The notes below the pieces were generated by a model. That model was given only the letters and a program-made list of their open reading frames with translations, did not search any database and had not been told where the DNA came from. Positions 7,931 through 17,786 of a stretch of DNA of 64,000 nt are shown in pieces; position 1 is the first letter of the stretch, and every line of letters begins with the position of its first letter. Made by a program: the position numbers and the translations under genes. The DNA lies in NCBI GenBank assembly GCA_963793425.1, contig CAWCAG010000009.1, forward strand, positions 480,001-544,000, in the 5' to 3' direction. The stretch comes from an uncultured cyanobacterium. Lineage in GTDB: Bacteria; Cyanobacteriota; Cyanobacteriia; Cyanobacteriales; CAWCAG01.

Positions 7931-9847
7931 CTAAAAAGAATTCAACTCAACAATATCCAACATTGTAAACTGTCTTTCTTGCTCCAACTTCCTAATCTTT
8001 TGCTCTGCTAAGCGAAACTCTTGAAAATAATATTGAGAACTTTCTGGAGAAATGGCAATGTTTTTTTGCCATTGTTCTAAACAATAACGTTTATGCTTTT
8101 CATAGGTCACTTGTTCTAGGGAAGTAATCGCCACCTTAATTAATAAAGGAGCGCGAGGAATGTCCCTGTTTTGCGTTTCGCTCAAGTTAAATAAATGATT
8201 GATCTGAGCTATTTCTTCAGGATATTCAACCACCAAATCCTGTAACTTAGAAATCAACTGTTCTTGATCATAGATTTCAATAACTTTTTGCCATAGAAAA
8301 CGGTGGTGAGAAAAGCTAAATAATAGCTCTTTTTCTTCCATTATTTGCCTTATTTCTTGACGGTATTCAGGGACATGGAGATAAAGGCGTAATAACAAAG
8401 ATTCAGCTTGTTTGAGCAGTTCAGATCCAGGATTGTCCGGCAAATAAACCGGAATAGCTGTTTCGGTTTTAATTCCTACTGATGGTTGGCGAGGCTTCTT
8501 TAATTTGCCCAGGAAATTCTTAGTATAAAAAGAGCTTAGTTGAGAATCTCCGGGAGCGAGAATTTGCCCACATTTAACCACGTAATGGGTCTGCTTATTC
8601 GCATCTTGAATACGGCTTAATAATGTGAGCATTTCTTGGGCAATTTGCTCGAATTGATCTGCTTGTTTCAGGTCTTTTTCAGCAACAATTTGTTCAAGCT
8701 GCCAATCAATCCAGAGAGGGGCATTAGCTAATGCCTCTTGATAAATTTGAGTGGCTTGGGGGCCAGATTTAAGAAATTCGTCTGCATCCTTACCATCAGG
8801 AAGATTAAGAATTTTCAACTGTACTTGTCCTGAATAAATCAGGGGTTCAATTTCTTTAATTGCTCGTTGGGTTGCGGTATTGCCTGCTTCATCAGCATCA
8901 AAATTAAAAATAACTTGCTTTGATTCTGTATAACGTAAAAGACTTTTAACTTGCTCTGGCCTTAACGCTGTCCCCATAGAAGCAACAGTATTATTTATAC
9001 CAACACGATGAAGGGCGATCGCATCAAAATAACCCTCCACCACAACAGCTTTATCTTCTTTACCAATAGCTTGCCGCGCCTTATCGAGGGCAAACAAAGT
9101 CTTCCCCTTATCAAAAAGTGGCGTTTCTGGGGAATTAAGATACTTCGGTTGTTCATCGGTTAAAGTTCTACTACCAAAACCAATAATTCTGCCTTGGGAA
9201 TCATTAATAGGAATCATCAAGCGATTCCGAAAACGATCATAATAACCACTACCCTTTTGACGCTGCTGAATTAAGCCTGCTTGTTGCAACAACTCCACAG
9301 AATAGCGTTTCACCTCCACCAAATAACGATAAAGGGTTTCCCAGCCTGGTGGGGCGTAACCAAGCTGAAATTTCTGAATTGTCTCCTCATTTAACTGACG
9401 TTCCGACTTAAGATAATTAAGAGCAACCTCTCCTTGGGTTTGACGTAAAGCGTGTTGATAAAAATTCGCCGTCAAAGCCAAAATCTCATAAAGTTGTTCC
9501 CGTAAAGAAAGTTGGCGCTGTAACTCCTGTCTTTGTTCTGGTTCGAGGGTTTTCACCGCAACTTGATAGCGCCGTGCCAAATTCAGCACCACCTCAGAAA
9601 AAGACTGCTGACCAACTTCCATTAAGAAATTAACCGCAGTTCCCCCTTTACCACAACCAAAGCAATAATACAACTGCTTAGCTGGGCTAACACTAAAACT
9701 AGGGCTTTTCTCCTCATGAAAAGGGCAAAGTCCTTGAAAATCTTTACCTCGCTTCCGCAGAACAACGTGTTCTGAGACAACCTCAACAAGATCAGCCCTT
9801 TGCTTAACTTCCTCAACAGTATCTGGATGGAGGCGAGGGACTTCCAT
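7931..9847 (-). CDS. dnaG: DNA primase
   Basis: CPFHEEKSPSF and CFGCG zinc finger, YDRFRNRLMIPI, KYLNSPET, VEGYFD, FDAD.AG, KDADE. Confidence 0.98.
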   Translation of the reverse strand: MEVPRLHPDTVEEVKQRADLVEVVSEHVVLRKRGKDFQGLCPFHEEKSPSFSVSPAKQLYYCFGCGKGGTAVNFLMEVGQQSFSEVVLNLARRYQVAVKTLEPEQRQELQRQLSLREQLYEILALTANFYQHALRQTQGEVALNYLKSERQLNEETIQKFQLGYAPPGWETLYRYLVEVKRYSVELLQQAGLIQQRQKGSGYYDRFRNRLMIPINDSQGRIIGFGSRTLTDEQPKYLNSPETPLFDKGKTLFALDKARQAIGKEDKAVVVEGYFDAIALHRVGINNTVASMGTALRPEQVKSLLRYTESKQVIFNFDADEAGNTATQRAIKEIEPLIYSGQVQLKILNLPDGKDADEFLKSGPQATQIYQEALANAPLWIDWQLEQIVAEKDLKQADQFEQIAQEMLTLLSRIQDANKQTHYVVKCGQILAPGDSQLSSFYTKNFLGKLKKPRQPSVGIKTETAIPVYLPDNPGSELLKQAESLLLRLYLHVPEYRQEIRQIMEEKELLFSFSHHRFLWQKVIEIYDQEQLISKLQDLVVEYPEEIAQINHLFNLSETQNRDIPRAPLLIKVAITSLEQVTYEKHKRYCLEQWQKNIAISPESSQYYFQEFRLAEQKIRKLEQERQFTMLDIVELNSF

Positions 9848-9951
9848 AACGAAAATATACCAACCAATAACTTAACTATGTATTATGGCATTGTTGAGCT
9901 AAGTCCTCTATTTGATAATTTTAGTGAATTAAGATTGGATATTTAAAGCAT

Positions 9952-11295
9952 ATGGGTAGAATTTTCATCTCTGCTGGTCATGGTGGACAAGAAGGGGGAG
10001 TACTAGATCCAGGTTCTATTGCTGGAGGAACAACAGAAGCACAACAGATGATTTTGTTGCGAGATCAAGTGGTTAGGGAGTTGCGATCGCGGGGTTTAGA
10101 AGTACTATCTGTTCCTGATGATCTTAGCTTCCAAGGGACAATTCAATGGATTAATTCTCGCGCCCGACTAGGAGATGTAGCCCTAGAAATTCATGCCGAT
10201 GCCTATGAAAATCCTAACGTACGAGGGGCGCTCGTTTTTTATATTGCCAATAATACAGAACGAAAACAAAACGCTGAATTGATTCTCCTTTCCTTCCTCC
10301 GGCGTATTCCCCAAATGCCCAGTCTGGGGGCTAAACCAGATACAGCTACCGGAGTTGGTAAGCTAGCTTTTTGTCGGCAAATAATTGTTCCTTCTCTATT
10401 AATGGAAGTTGGTTTTATCACCAACCCAGATGATCGGGCTTTAATCCTCAACCGTCGTCAGGAAATGGCTTTAGGTTTGGCTGATGGTCTAGAAGCCTGG
10501 AGTGGTGGTTTGACTACTCCAGTTAATGAACCAACTTATCCGATTATTAACATCAAAATCAACGATAGAAACTACGAAGAAGAAGGCATTCTAGTTAATA
10601 ACAACTCCTACATACCCGTTGATTTAGCTGATCGTTTAGGAGTAGACCTTACCGAAGATCCGGCTATTCGCCTCATTCAATATCGGGGGGTTGTCTACGT
10701 TAAAGCCATTGAACTACGGGATTACAATATTTCTGTGGGTTGGGAAAACTCTACCCGCACAGTTGTTTTACGTTCTATTCTCAAGATTTGCCCTGGAGAT
10801 TTTGAGCGTATCATGAGCCATGGCAACACCTCAGAGGTGCAACTCATTATGTTCCTCAAAGCTAATAATGAAGGGGCATTGAGCCAATTCCCTGAGTTAC
10901 CAAAACTTTACCGGGAAGAAGCAGCTATTGAAGGGGTAAACTACGACATCGCTTTTTGCCAAATGTGTTTAGCCACTAACTTCCTTCGTTTTGGTGGTGA
11001 AATCAAGCCTAGTCAGAATAACTTCGCTGACTTAGGTTCTGTTAGTGGTGGACCCCAAGGAGCAACCTTCCCCAGTGCTAAAATTGGAGTTAGGGCCCAG
11101 GTTCAGCATCTCAAAGCCTATGCTAGTACAGAGCCTTTAGTACAAGAAGTTGTTGATCCCCGTTTTCGCTTTGTCAAGCGAGGTATTGCTCCTTTAGTAC
11201 AGCAACTAGGAGGGCGTTGGACAGCAGATTTAGATTACGGTGAGAAAGTTTTAGCTATTGTTAGGCGCTTGTACGAGTCAGCAGGGTTGTTTTGA
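9952..11295 (+). CDS. N-acetylmuramoyl-L-alanine amidase (Amidase_3) plus C-terminal glucosaminidase-like domain; TftA-like
   Basis: ISAGHGG, TTEA, EIHADA, LLMEVGFITN; C-terminal NNFA.LG, AQVQHLKAYA, DPRF, LGGRW. Confidence 0.85.
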   Translation: MGRIFISAGHGGQEGGVLDPGSIAGGTTEAQQMILLRDQVVRELRSRGLEVLSVPDDLSFQGTIQWINSRARLGDVALEIHADAYENPNVRGALVFYIANNTERKQNAELILLSFLRRIPQMPSLGAKPDTATGVGKLAFCRQIIVPSLLMEVGFITNPDDRALILNRRQEMALGLADGLEAWSGGLTTPVNEPTYPIINIKINDRNYEEEGILVNNNSYIPVDLADRLGVDLTEDPAIRLIQYRGVVYVKAIELRDYNISVGWENSTRTVVLRSILKICPGDFERIMSHGNTSEVQLIMFLKANNEGALSQFPELPKLYREEAAIEGVNYDIAFCQMCLATNFLRFGGEIKPSQNNFADLGSVSGGPQGATFPSAKIGVRAQVQHLKAYASTEPLVQEVVDPRFRFVKRGIAPLVQQLGGRWTADLDYGEKVLAIVRRLYESAGLF

Positions 11296-11557
11296 GTAAG
11301 AATATAAGGGTGTAAGGGATGAGGAGAAAATTCTTCACTTTACTTGTTAAGAAACACAAGCTGAAACCCTGCTATTAATGATGTAATCAGTTTCTTGATG
11401 ACTTGCTAAAACTTGCTGTCGTAAGAACCGAACTAAATTAGTTAAATACCTTTGCTAACTTAGAAACAGAAGGCTCTAGGCCCTCAACTTCTTAACCAAA
11501 GATCCTCATCTAAAAAACTGATCAATTGATAACTGATAACTGAATTAGGAGACTTCT

Positions 11558-12571
11558 GTGGCGGCAACGGATTTTAAAGATTACTATAGCATTCTCGGAG
11601 TAAGCAAAACTGCTAGTCCTGAAGAGATTAAAAAAACTTTTCGCAAACTAGCTGTTAAATACCATCCTGATCGTAATCCTGATAATAAAGAAGCAGAAGA
11701 ACGCTTCAAAGAAATTAGTGAAGCTTACGAAGTTTTATCCGACACAGAAAAGCGTCAAAAGTACGATCAGTTTGGTCAATATTGGAAACAAGCTTCTCAA
11801 CCTAGTGGCTCTCCTTTTGGTGGAGGGGCTAGCCCTGCTGATTATAGTAATTTCGATTTTGGTCAGTATGGCAGCTTTGAAGAATTTATTAATGAATTAT
11901 TAGGTCGCTTCTCCACTGGGGCGACAGGTAGTCCGGGAGGCTATAACTATACAACCTCTACGGGTAGGCCTGGTGGCTACAACACTACTGTTAATGACTT
12001 TGGGCAAGGGTTTGCTGGTCAGCAAGCACCCACTCCCCAAGAATCTGTTGCTACCCTCCGCCTGACCTTTTCCGAAGCCTTTCGTGGGGTACAGAAGCGC
12101 CTTCAAATTGGTAGTGAAATCGTCAATGTTCGCATTCCCCCCGGTGCTAAACCTGATATGCGTATTCGTTTGCGGGGTAAAGGCAGGGTAGATCCTTATA
12201 GTAAAATTCGAGGGGACTTATTCTTGAACGTAGAACTAGAACCCCATACTTTCTTTCAATTTAAAGATGATAAATTGCTTTGTGAAGTACCTGTTGCCCC
12301 TGATGAAGCTGTGTTAGGGGCCTCCATTGAAGTACCAACCCCTGATGGCTCTGTCACCATGAAAATTCCTGCGGGTATCCGCCCTGGGCAATCCCTACGT
12401 TTGCGGGGTAAAGGTTGGCCTAATCCCAAAGGAGTTCGGGGAGATCAACTAGTAAAGATTAAAATTGCTATTCCCAAAAAAATTAGCACCACTGAACAAG
12501 AATATTACGAAAAAATTCGTGCTAGCCGTAGCTATGATCCCCGTAGCAAACTGAAAAATATCAGTCTTTAA
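11558..12571 (+). CDS. dnaJ: DnaJ-family co-chaperone, class B (no zinc finger; CbpA-like)
   Basis: J domain with HPD, G/F-rich linker, DnaJ_C repeats (LRLRGKG). Confidence 0.9.
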   Translation: MAATDFKDYYSILGVSKTASPEEIKKTFRKLAVKYHPDRNPDNKEAEERFKEISEAYEVLSDTEKRQKYDQFGQYWKQASQPSGSPFGGGASPADYSNFDFGQYGSFEEFINELLGRFSTGATGSPGGYNYTTSTGRPGGYNTTVNDFGQGFAGQQAPTPQESVATLRLTFSEAFRGVQKRLQIGSEIVNVRIPPGAKPDMRIRLRGKGRVDPYSKIRGDLFLNVELEPHTFFQFKDDKLLCEVPVAPDEAVLGASIEVPTPDGSVTMKIPAGIRPGQSLRLRGKGWPNPKGVRGDQLVKIKIAIPKKISTTEQEYYEKIRASRSYDPRSKLKNISL

Positions 12572-12631
12572 TAATCAAAGCAAAACCCTAGACTCAACCA
12601 TAAACCAAGGCAAACTGATAAGATAATTTCT

Positions 12632-12841
12632 GTGTCTTGGATTACTATCAGAACAACTAACACCCGCTGGGAAGCTGAGTTAATGCAACAATTACTTACA
12701 GCTTATGATATCCCCAGTCGGGTTCTTGACATTGGCGTTGGCTCCTATTTTGGGCAAGGAAGTCCGGCGGTTTTGCAAGTACGTTCACAAGATCAATGGA
12801 CAGCTTTGCTGTTGTTGAGTCCTGTCGAAGAAGAAGAGTAA
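12632..12841 (+). CDS. DUF2007-like small protein
   Basis: W.T......WEAELMQQLL..YDIP pattern; lies between dnaJ and accD. Confidence 0.7.
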   Translation: MSWITIRTTNTRWEAELMQQLLTAYDIPSRVLDIGVGSYFGQGSPAVLQVRSQDQWTALLLLSPVEEEE

Positions 12842-12882
12842 TCCTTTTATTTAATAATCTTTTTTAGGAATTAACTTTACTT

Positions 12883-13830
12883 ATGTCTCTATTTGACTGG
12901 TTTGCTAACCGCAGAAAATCAGAACCCCATACTCAAACAAGACAAGAACGAGAAATAGCTGACGGGCTGTGGACAAAATGCCCTGCTTGCGGAGTCTTAG
13001 CTTATACTAAAGACTTGCGAGGCAATCAAATGGTTTGCTCAGAATGTGAACATCATTTGAGCGTTAAAAGTGACGAACGCATAGCTCAGTTAATTGATGC
13101 TGATACTTGGCAACCTTTAGGGGAAGGACTTAGACCAACAGATCCTCTTAAATTCCGCGATCGCAAGGCATATCAAGATCGTTTGCGGGATTATCAAGAA
13201 AAAACAGGTTTGTCTGATGCGGTACAAACAGGAATTGGCGAGATTGATGGTTTGCCTTTGGCCCTAGGAGTGATGGATTTCACCTTTATGGGGGGTAGCA
13301 TGGGTTCTGTAGTGGGGGAAAAACTCTGTCGCCTCATTGAACGTGCTACCAAAGAAAGGATACCCGTTATTATTCTTTGTGCTTCTGGGGGTGCAAGGAT
13401 GCAAGAAGGGGTATTAAGTTTGATGCAAATGGCGAAGATTTCCGGCGCTTTACAACACCACCGCGAAGCTAAATTACTCTATATACCAGTTCTTACCCAT
13501 CCTACCACCGGAGGCGTGACAGCTAGTTTTGCCATGCTTGGGGATTTGATTTTGGCTGAACCAAAAGCAACTATTGGATTTGCAGGCAGGCGGGTAATTG
13601 AACAAACTCTCAGGGAAAAGTTACCTGACGATTTCCAAACTTCAGAATATCTTTTACAACATGGTTTTGTTGATGCGATAGTTTCTCGCACTCAATTAAA
13701 GAAAACTTTGGCTAAGTTAATTTGCCTTCACCAACCTATAACTACCATCCCAGAAGTCAACAATTCCCATCACGTTTTGAATAACCATAGTAACAATAAG
13801 GAACTAGGTTCATCAGAAGTGATATTTTAA
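12883..13830 (+). CDS. accD: Acetyl-CoA carboxylase carboxyltransferase beta subunit
   Basis: LWTKCPAC...CSEC zinc finger, [33 protein letters not shown]. Confidence 0.98.
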   Translation: MSLFDWFANRRKSEPHTQTRQEREIADGLWTKCPACGVLAYTKDLRGNQMVCSECEHHLSVKSDERIAQLIDADTWQPLGEGLRPTDPLKFRDRKAYQDRLRDYQEKTGLSDAVQTGIGEIDGLPLALGVMDFTFMGGSMGSVVGEKLCRLIERATKERIPVIILCASGGARMQEGVLSLMQMAKISGALQHHREAKLLYIPVLTHPTTGGVTASFAMLGDLILAEPKATIGFAGRRVIEQTLREKLPDDFQTSEYLLQHGFVDAIVSRTQLKKTLAKLICLHQPITTIPEVNNSHHVLNNHSNNKELGSSEVIF

Positions 13831-13867
13831 CTATTAGCCATTAGCCATAATTCTAATCATCAAAACC

Positions 13868-14428
13868 ATGTCTAAATCTTTAAAATCCTTATTAGCCATA
13901 ATTCTAATTATCTTAAGCCTAAGTTTATCTAGTTGTAACAGCGCTGTTAGCGGTTTAAAAAGCTATGTAGATGCTACCCAAGGATATGAGTTTCTATATC
14001 CCAATGGTTGGATTTATGTTGATATTGGAGGGGTAAGAAAGGGCGTTAAAGTTGTCTTTCAAGACTTGATTGAAAAGACAGAAAATTTAAGTGTGGTAGC
14101 AAGTGAAGTTTCCCAAGATAAAACCCTTAAGGATTTGGGTACGCCCACAGAAGTTGGTTATAGTTTGCTTAAAAGTGCGATCGCTCCTGATGGTTCAAAA
14201 CGTCAGGCAGATTTGGTAGGTGCGGAGATTAAAGATGCTCCAACCCAAACCTATTACACCTTAGAATATGAGGTTAAGTTGCCTGATGGTAGAGAAAGAC
14301 ATAATCTTGCTAGCGTGGCTATTAGTCGTGGTCAATTATTTACTTTTAATGTTTCTGTTCCTGAAACACATTGGGGCAGGTTAGAAAAGCGATTAGAAGC
14401 TGTAGTTGATTCTTTTACTGTATATTAA
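13868..14428 (+). CDS. psbP: Photosystem II PsbP (CyanoP) lipoprotein
   Basis: Lipobox LSSC, GYEFLYPNGW, ENLSVV, LGTPTEVG, RHNLASV, SFTVY. Confidence 0.92.
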   Translation: MSKSLKSLLAIILIILSLSLSSCNSAVSGLKSYVDATQGYEFLYPNGWIYVDIGGVRKGVKVVFQDLIEKTENLSVVASEVSQDKTLKDLGTPTEVGYSLLKSAIAPDGSKRQADLVGAEIKDAPTQTYYTLEYEVKLPDGRERHNLASVAISRGQLFTFNVSVPETHWGRLEKRLEAVVDSFTVY

Positions 14429-14442
14429 ATAGCCTTTTTCCT

Positions 14443-14505
14443 GTAGGGTGGGCAAAATCAATAGTAAAATTAGCATTTACAATTTATCTTCATGTTGCCC
14501 ACCAT
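14443..14505. repeat. GTAG-type REP/REPIN-like inverted repeat
   Basis: GTAGGGTGGGCAA ... TTGCCCACC arms. Confidence 0.7.
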
Positions 14506-14519
14506 CCTTATCATATCGA

Positions 14520-14705
14520 TTTAGGATTTATCGTCTTGCCTTGGAAACTGAAGACGATAATAGATTATTGTATCTGGCAGTACCGTTGGATATTTACAGG
14601 AGATTGTTCCGGCAGACATTCATTCAGACTGTGATTAGTCGCAATCAAATCCCTTTAATAGTATACGACCCAGAGAAACAGGAGATTGCCCAATGGATAA
14701 ATTGA
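14520..14705 (+). pseudogene. xisH: XisH-family nuclease, C-terminal remnant
   Basis: YRLALE....RLLYLAVP.DIY...LIVYDPEKQEIAQWIN; N-terminus replaced by the REP-like sequence. Confidence 0.8.
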
Positions 14706-15031
14706 GTTTATATCGCCAATTAATTCAAGAGTCCCTAAAACAAAGGGCAGATTTGCGATCACCAGATGATCCAGTCAGGAGTCAAACCATTTTTGATCGT
14801 GAAGATGACCACTACCAACTTATACATTTAGGTTGGAAAGATAGTAATACTCGCATCTATGGTTGTATCATACACGTTGATATTATTGATGAGAAAATTT
14901 GGATTCAACATGACGGTACTGAATATGCAATCGCAGATCAGTTAGTAGAAAAAGGTGTACCGAAGCAAGATATTGTTTTGGCTTATCGTCCAGCTTATAT
15001 AAGGCAGTATACAGATTTTGCGGTGGGATAA
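14693..15031 (+). CDS. xisI: XisI family protein
   Basis: MDKL..YRQLI, IFD...DHYQL...GW, YGC..H.DI...KIWIQHDGTE, GVPKQDIVLA. Confidence 0.92.
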   Translation: MDKLSLYRQLIQESLKQRADLRSPDDPVRSQTIFDREDDHYQLIHLGWKDSNTRIYGCIIHVDIIDEKIWIQHDGTEYAIADQLVEKGVPKQDIVLAYRPAYIRQYTDFAVG

Positions 15032-15106
15032 GAGAATTTTTATCGCCTTTATTTCAGACAATTTATAATCTATTGCAGAGTAGTAAATAGGGAATGAAGG
15101 AACGCA

Positions 15107-15415
15107 ATGAAATACAGAAAGTTGAAAAGATTACGGGAAAGAAAGCTTTGCTCGTTTATATCTCCAGAAGAAATTGCTAAGCGCAAGGAAAAAGCTGAAG
15201 CTACGGCTAAACTGGGGCGAGAGGTTTTCTGGCGAGTTTATCCAGATTTAGTGAATAAATATCCTGGTTGGGCAATTTTAATTGAACCAGAAAGTGGTGA
15301 TTGTTTTCTCGATCCTGATCCAGAAGTAGCTTTTCAAAAAGCCCGTAAAAATTATCCTCACACTGATATTTTAGAGAAATGTCTTAACAAAACAGGTTGT
15401 GCTGGCAGGATATGA
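15107..15415 (+). CDS. Conserved cyanobacterial hypothetical protein
   Basis: VYP.L...YPGW.I.IEPESGD.F.D.D...AFQKAR..YP...LN.TG..GRI pattern. Confidence 0.7.
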   Translation: MKYRKLKRLRERKLCSFISPEEIAKRKEKAEATAKLGREVFWRVYPDLVNKYPGWAILIEPESGDCFLDPDPEVAFQKARKNYPHTDILEKCLNKTGCAGRI

Positions 15416-15556
15416 TTCAGGGCTATTTTACATTCTCCTCTCTGAGAAGCTATTTAATATGAAATAGAAAAAATAATGCTACAGATAAATTACTTTCGTA
15501 TCGCTCATTTTTAGTCATTCCTTCTTTTAGTTAATCTATGGGTAGAATTAGTTTTA

Positions 15557-15618
15557 TTGGGGGACTAGCCCCCCAAACCCCCCAGTGGGGAAACAAGTGT
15601 TTCCCCACGCCCCTTCCT
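15557..15618. repeat. GC-rich double-hairpin dispersed element
   Basis: TTGGGGGACTAGCCCCCCAA followed by GTGGGGAAAC-AAGT-GTTTCCCCAC in AT-rich intergenic DNA. Confidence 0.65.
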
Positions 15619-15882
15619 AACCGCTTCGCTCTTCGTTAGTCGTATTTAACTGGCTAGTTCAGTGGTTGTTCTATCCTCATAAATAGACTTGGTAATAAGG
15701 CGCATTTAGAATTAGGAGCGTTGTTTAAAAAGTTGCTTGCTAGTGGCTCAGGGCAAATAGCTTAATTTGATTTATATGTAGCAAATATTTAGGTATTTCA
15801 TATAACTTAGCACTTTGATTTTTGAGTTTAGATCCCAACTTCTGTAGAACCGTTTTTTGCTACTACAGTCAAGGAAAAGACT

Positions 15883-16209
15883 TTAGCTAAGAGCATATTC
15901 AGTAAATTGCCTTTCAAAAGGAGCATGAAACCCAAGAACAATATCGGTTTTCGGTACTCCTAAATCTACTAGTCTTTGAGCAATTAAATCTTCTGTATTA
16001 TTTTGCTGAATGTAGATTTTGCCGTCGATTACATCTAAGTGTAAAAGGCAACCATAGTAACATTTATTATTCATCCAGCCTACTTGTATCAAAAGATAAT
16101 GCTGATTATCTCTATCTATAACTTTCTCTACTTGTACTTGACCAGAAGAGCTTTTCTCATAACGTCTTTGTATTATCTCTTCAATTAGCTGAGAGTAATC
16201 TAAAACCAC
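15883..16209 (-). CDS. xisI: XisI family protein (second copy)
   Basis: ID...HYLL..VGW, YGCLLHLDV.DGKIYIQQN.TE, LGVPK.DIVLGFH.P..RQFTEYA. Confidence 0.9.
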   Translation of the reverse strand: MVLDYSQLIEEIIQRRYEKSSSGQVQVEKVIDRDNQHYLLIQVGWMNNKCYYGCLLHLDVIDGKIYIQQNNTEDLIAQRLVDLGVPKTDIVLGFHAPFERQFTEYALS

Positions 16210-16334
16210 TGAAATACTTCCTCAAAATATTCTGTATTCTCCAACTTAATAGTTAAAGGATCGGCAGTTACTATCCAACCGTCTTTGATAAGAGCGGAAC
16301 ACACCATGTCATGAAAATAGTCTTTCTTTGGCAT
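16200..16334 (-). pseudogene. xisH: XisH-family nuclease with large in-frame internal deletion (44 aa)
   Basis: Own translation MPKKDYFHDMVCSALIKDGWIVTADPLTIKLENTEYFEEVFQWF*: XisH N-terminus (FH..V..AL.KDGW..T.DPL) joined directly to its C-terminus (EE..QW); overlaps the xisI start. Confidence 0.8.
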
Positions 16335-16354
16335 AACTTAAAGATGAAACATAA

Positions 16355-17665
16355 CTAACTATTAAAAATTGCTTTGTAAGCAAATTCAAATAATCCTCCT
16401 AAACCTAATCCTAGTAAGGAAGTAATTGCTAAGATTAGGAAAATGTGAAATCTTTTAAAATTCTTAACTAATTTTACAGTAGTCCAAGTCAAAGCAGCAG
16501 CTATGGTACTAGACCCAGCTAAAGCTATAACACCAGACCCAGCTAGAGCAACCGTTATCATTCCAAATATGGCTCCAACCACAGTTTCGTCTACCATCCT
16601 AGCTATATTAATAGACCCAACTATAGACCCAGGCCAAGTCAAAGGCATATGAAAAATAGCTAAAACAAAAAATTCATTATCATCAATATCTCTAGACCAA
16701 TTCCAAGCTATAACAATGGCTCCAAAAGTAGTTACAATCCAAACTAAATCTGAGGAAAAGGCAAACAATAAAATTGCACCTATAAAACTATAAGTAATCA
16801 ATATTAATCCTAAGTAATGCCAAGGGATAACCCTCTTCTTTCTTTGCTTTTGCAACTCCAATAACTGTAACCACTTCTCAACAGACTGAGGACGATTTTT
16901 TGCCTCTAACTCCATACCTTTAATAATCGCCTTATTCAAATTCTTACTAACTTCTAAAACTAACTTTCTTGGTGGAATTAAATTAGCATTGTCTATCTTG
17001 CGAGCGAAAGAACTAATAGGACGTTGACCCGTTACCAAATAATATAGAGTAGCAGCTAAACAATAAACATCAGCATTTTTTTCCCTACTACCCTTCATTA
17101 TTTGCTCATAAGGGGCAAAACCACGATTACCTGCGTCTCCTGTGGAACTCAAAGTAGTAGGAACAAGTTCTTTGGCAATGCCAAAATCAATTAAAATAGC
17201 ACTGTCACCCTGCAAAATAATATTACCTGGGTGAGCATCTCTATGGACTAAACCCGCTTTATGAATAACTACCAAAGCTGAAGCAATTTGCTTAATATAT
17301 TTAACTGCTTCTTTTTGCGGTAATCTTTCCCTTTCTCTAACAATCTCAAAAAAATTCTTCCCCGCCACATACTCCATAACTAAACAGTAAGTCTTTCCCT
17401 CCTGAAAAAACTCCCCAAATTTAACAATATGGGGATGGGAAAGCTTAGTTAGTTTTTGTAGTCGCTTACTTTCTTTAACAAACCTGTCTACATATTTTTG
17501 ATAATCGGGATCATGCTTCAAATACTCATTAGGAGTTTTCAACGCTACAAACTCATCATAGAAAGTATCCCAAGCTTTATAAGTGATACCAAAACCACCT
17601 TGCCCTAAGACATTCTGGATAACGTAGCGACCATTCTTTACTTCGTGTCCTTCTGCCCAAACCAT
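16355..17665 (-). CDS. Ser/Thr protein kinase with C-terminal multi-TM region
   Basis: LGQGGFGITY, VALK, HRDAHPGN, DFG, APYEQ, DVYCLAAT; hydrophobic C-terminal ~150 aa. Confidence 0.92.
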   Translation of the reverse strand: MVWAEGHEVKNGRYVIQNVLGQGGFGITYKAWDTFYDEFVALKTPNEYLKHDPDYQKYVDRFVKESKRLQKLTKLSHPHIVKFGEFFQEGKTYCLVMEYVAGKNFFEIVRERERLPQKEAVKYIKQIASALVVIHKAGLVHRDAHPGNIILQGDSAILIDFGIAKELVPTTLSSTGDAGNRGFAPYEQIMKGSREKNADVYCLAATLYYLVTGQRPISSFARKIDNANLIPPRKLVLEVSKNLNKAIIKGMELEAKNRPQSVEKWLQLLELQKQRKKRVIPWHYLGLILITYSFIGAILLFAFSSDLVWIVTTFGAIVIAWNWSRDIDDNEFFVLAIFHMPLTWPGSIVGSINIARMVDETVVGAIFGMITVALAGSGVIALAGSSTIAAALTWTTVKLVKNFKRFHIFLILAITSLLGLGLGGLFEFAYKAIFNS

Positions 17666-17786
17666 AAATCAGTTTTTTCTAAAACCACTAGTCACTCTAT
17701 ATTATTTATCCTTAAAATTCTGCATCCTGATACTTACAATATTAAAGGACTGTTTTGCTTCATTTTTCCTATTTTGGCCCTAACTA

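Noticed and set aside
11296..11557. CIRCE heat-shock operator upstream of dnaJ
   Set aside because: No TTAGCACTC-N9-GAGTGCTAA found
14448..14519. N-terminus of the 85-aa ORF
   Set aside because: Translated REP-like hairpin, not XisH sequence
14429..17786. Excisable fdxN-type element or prophage
   Set aside because: No recombinase, phage genes or flanking direct repeats seen
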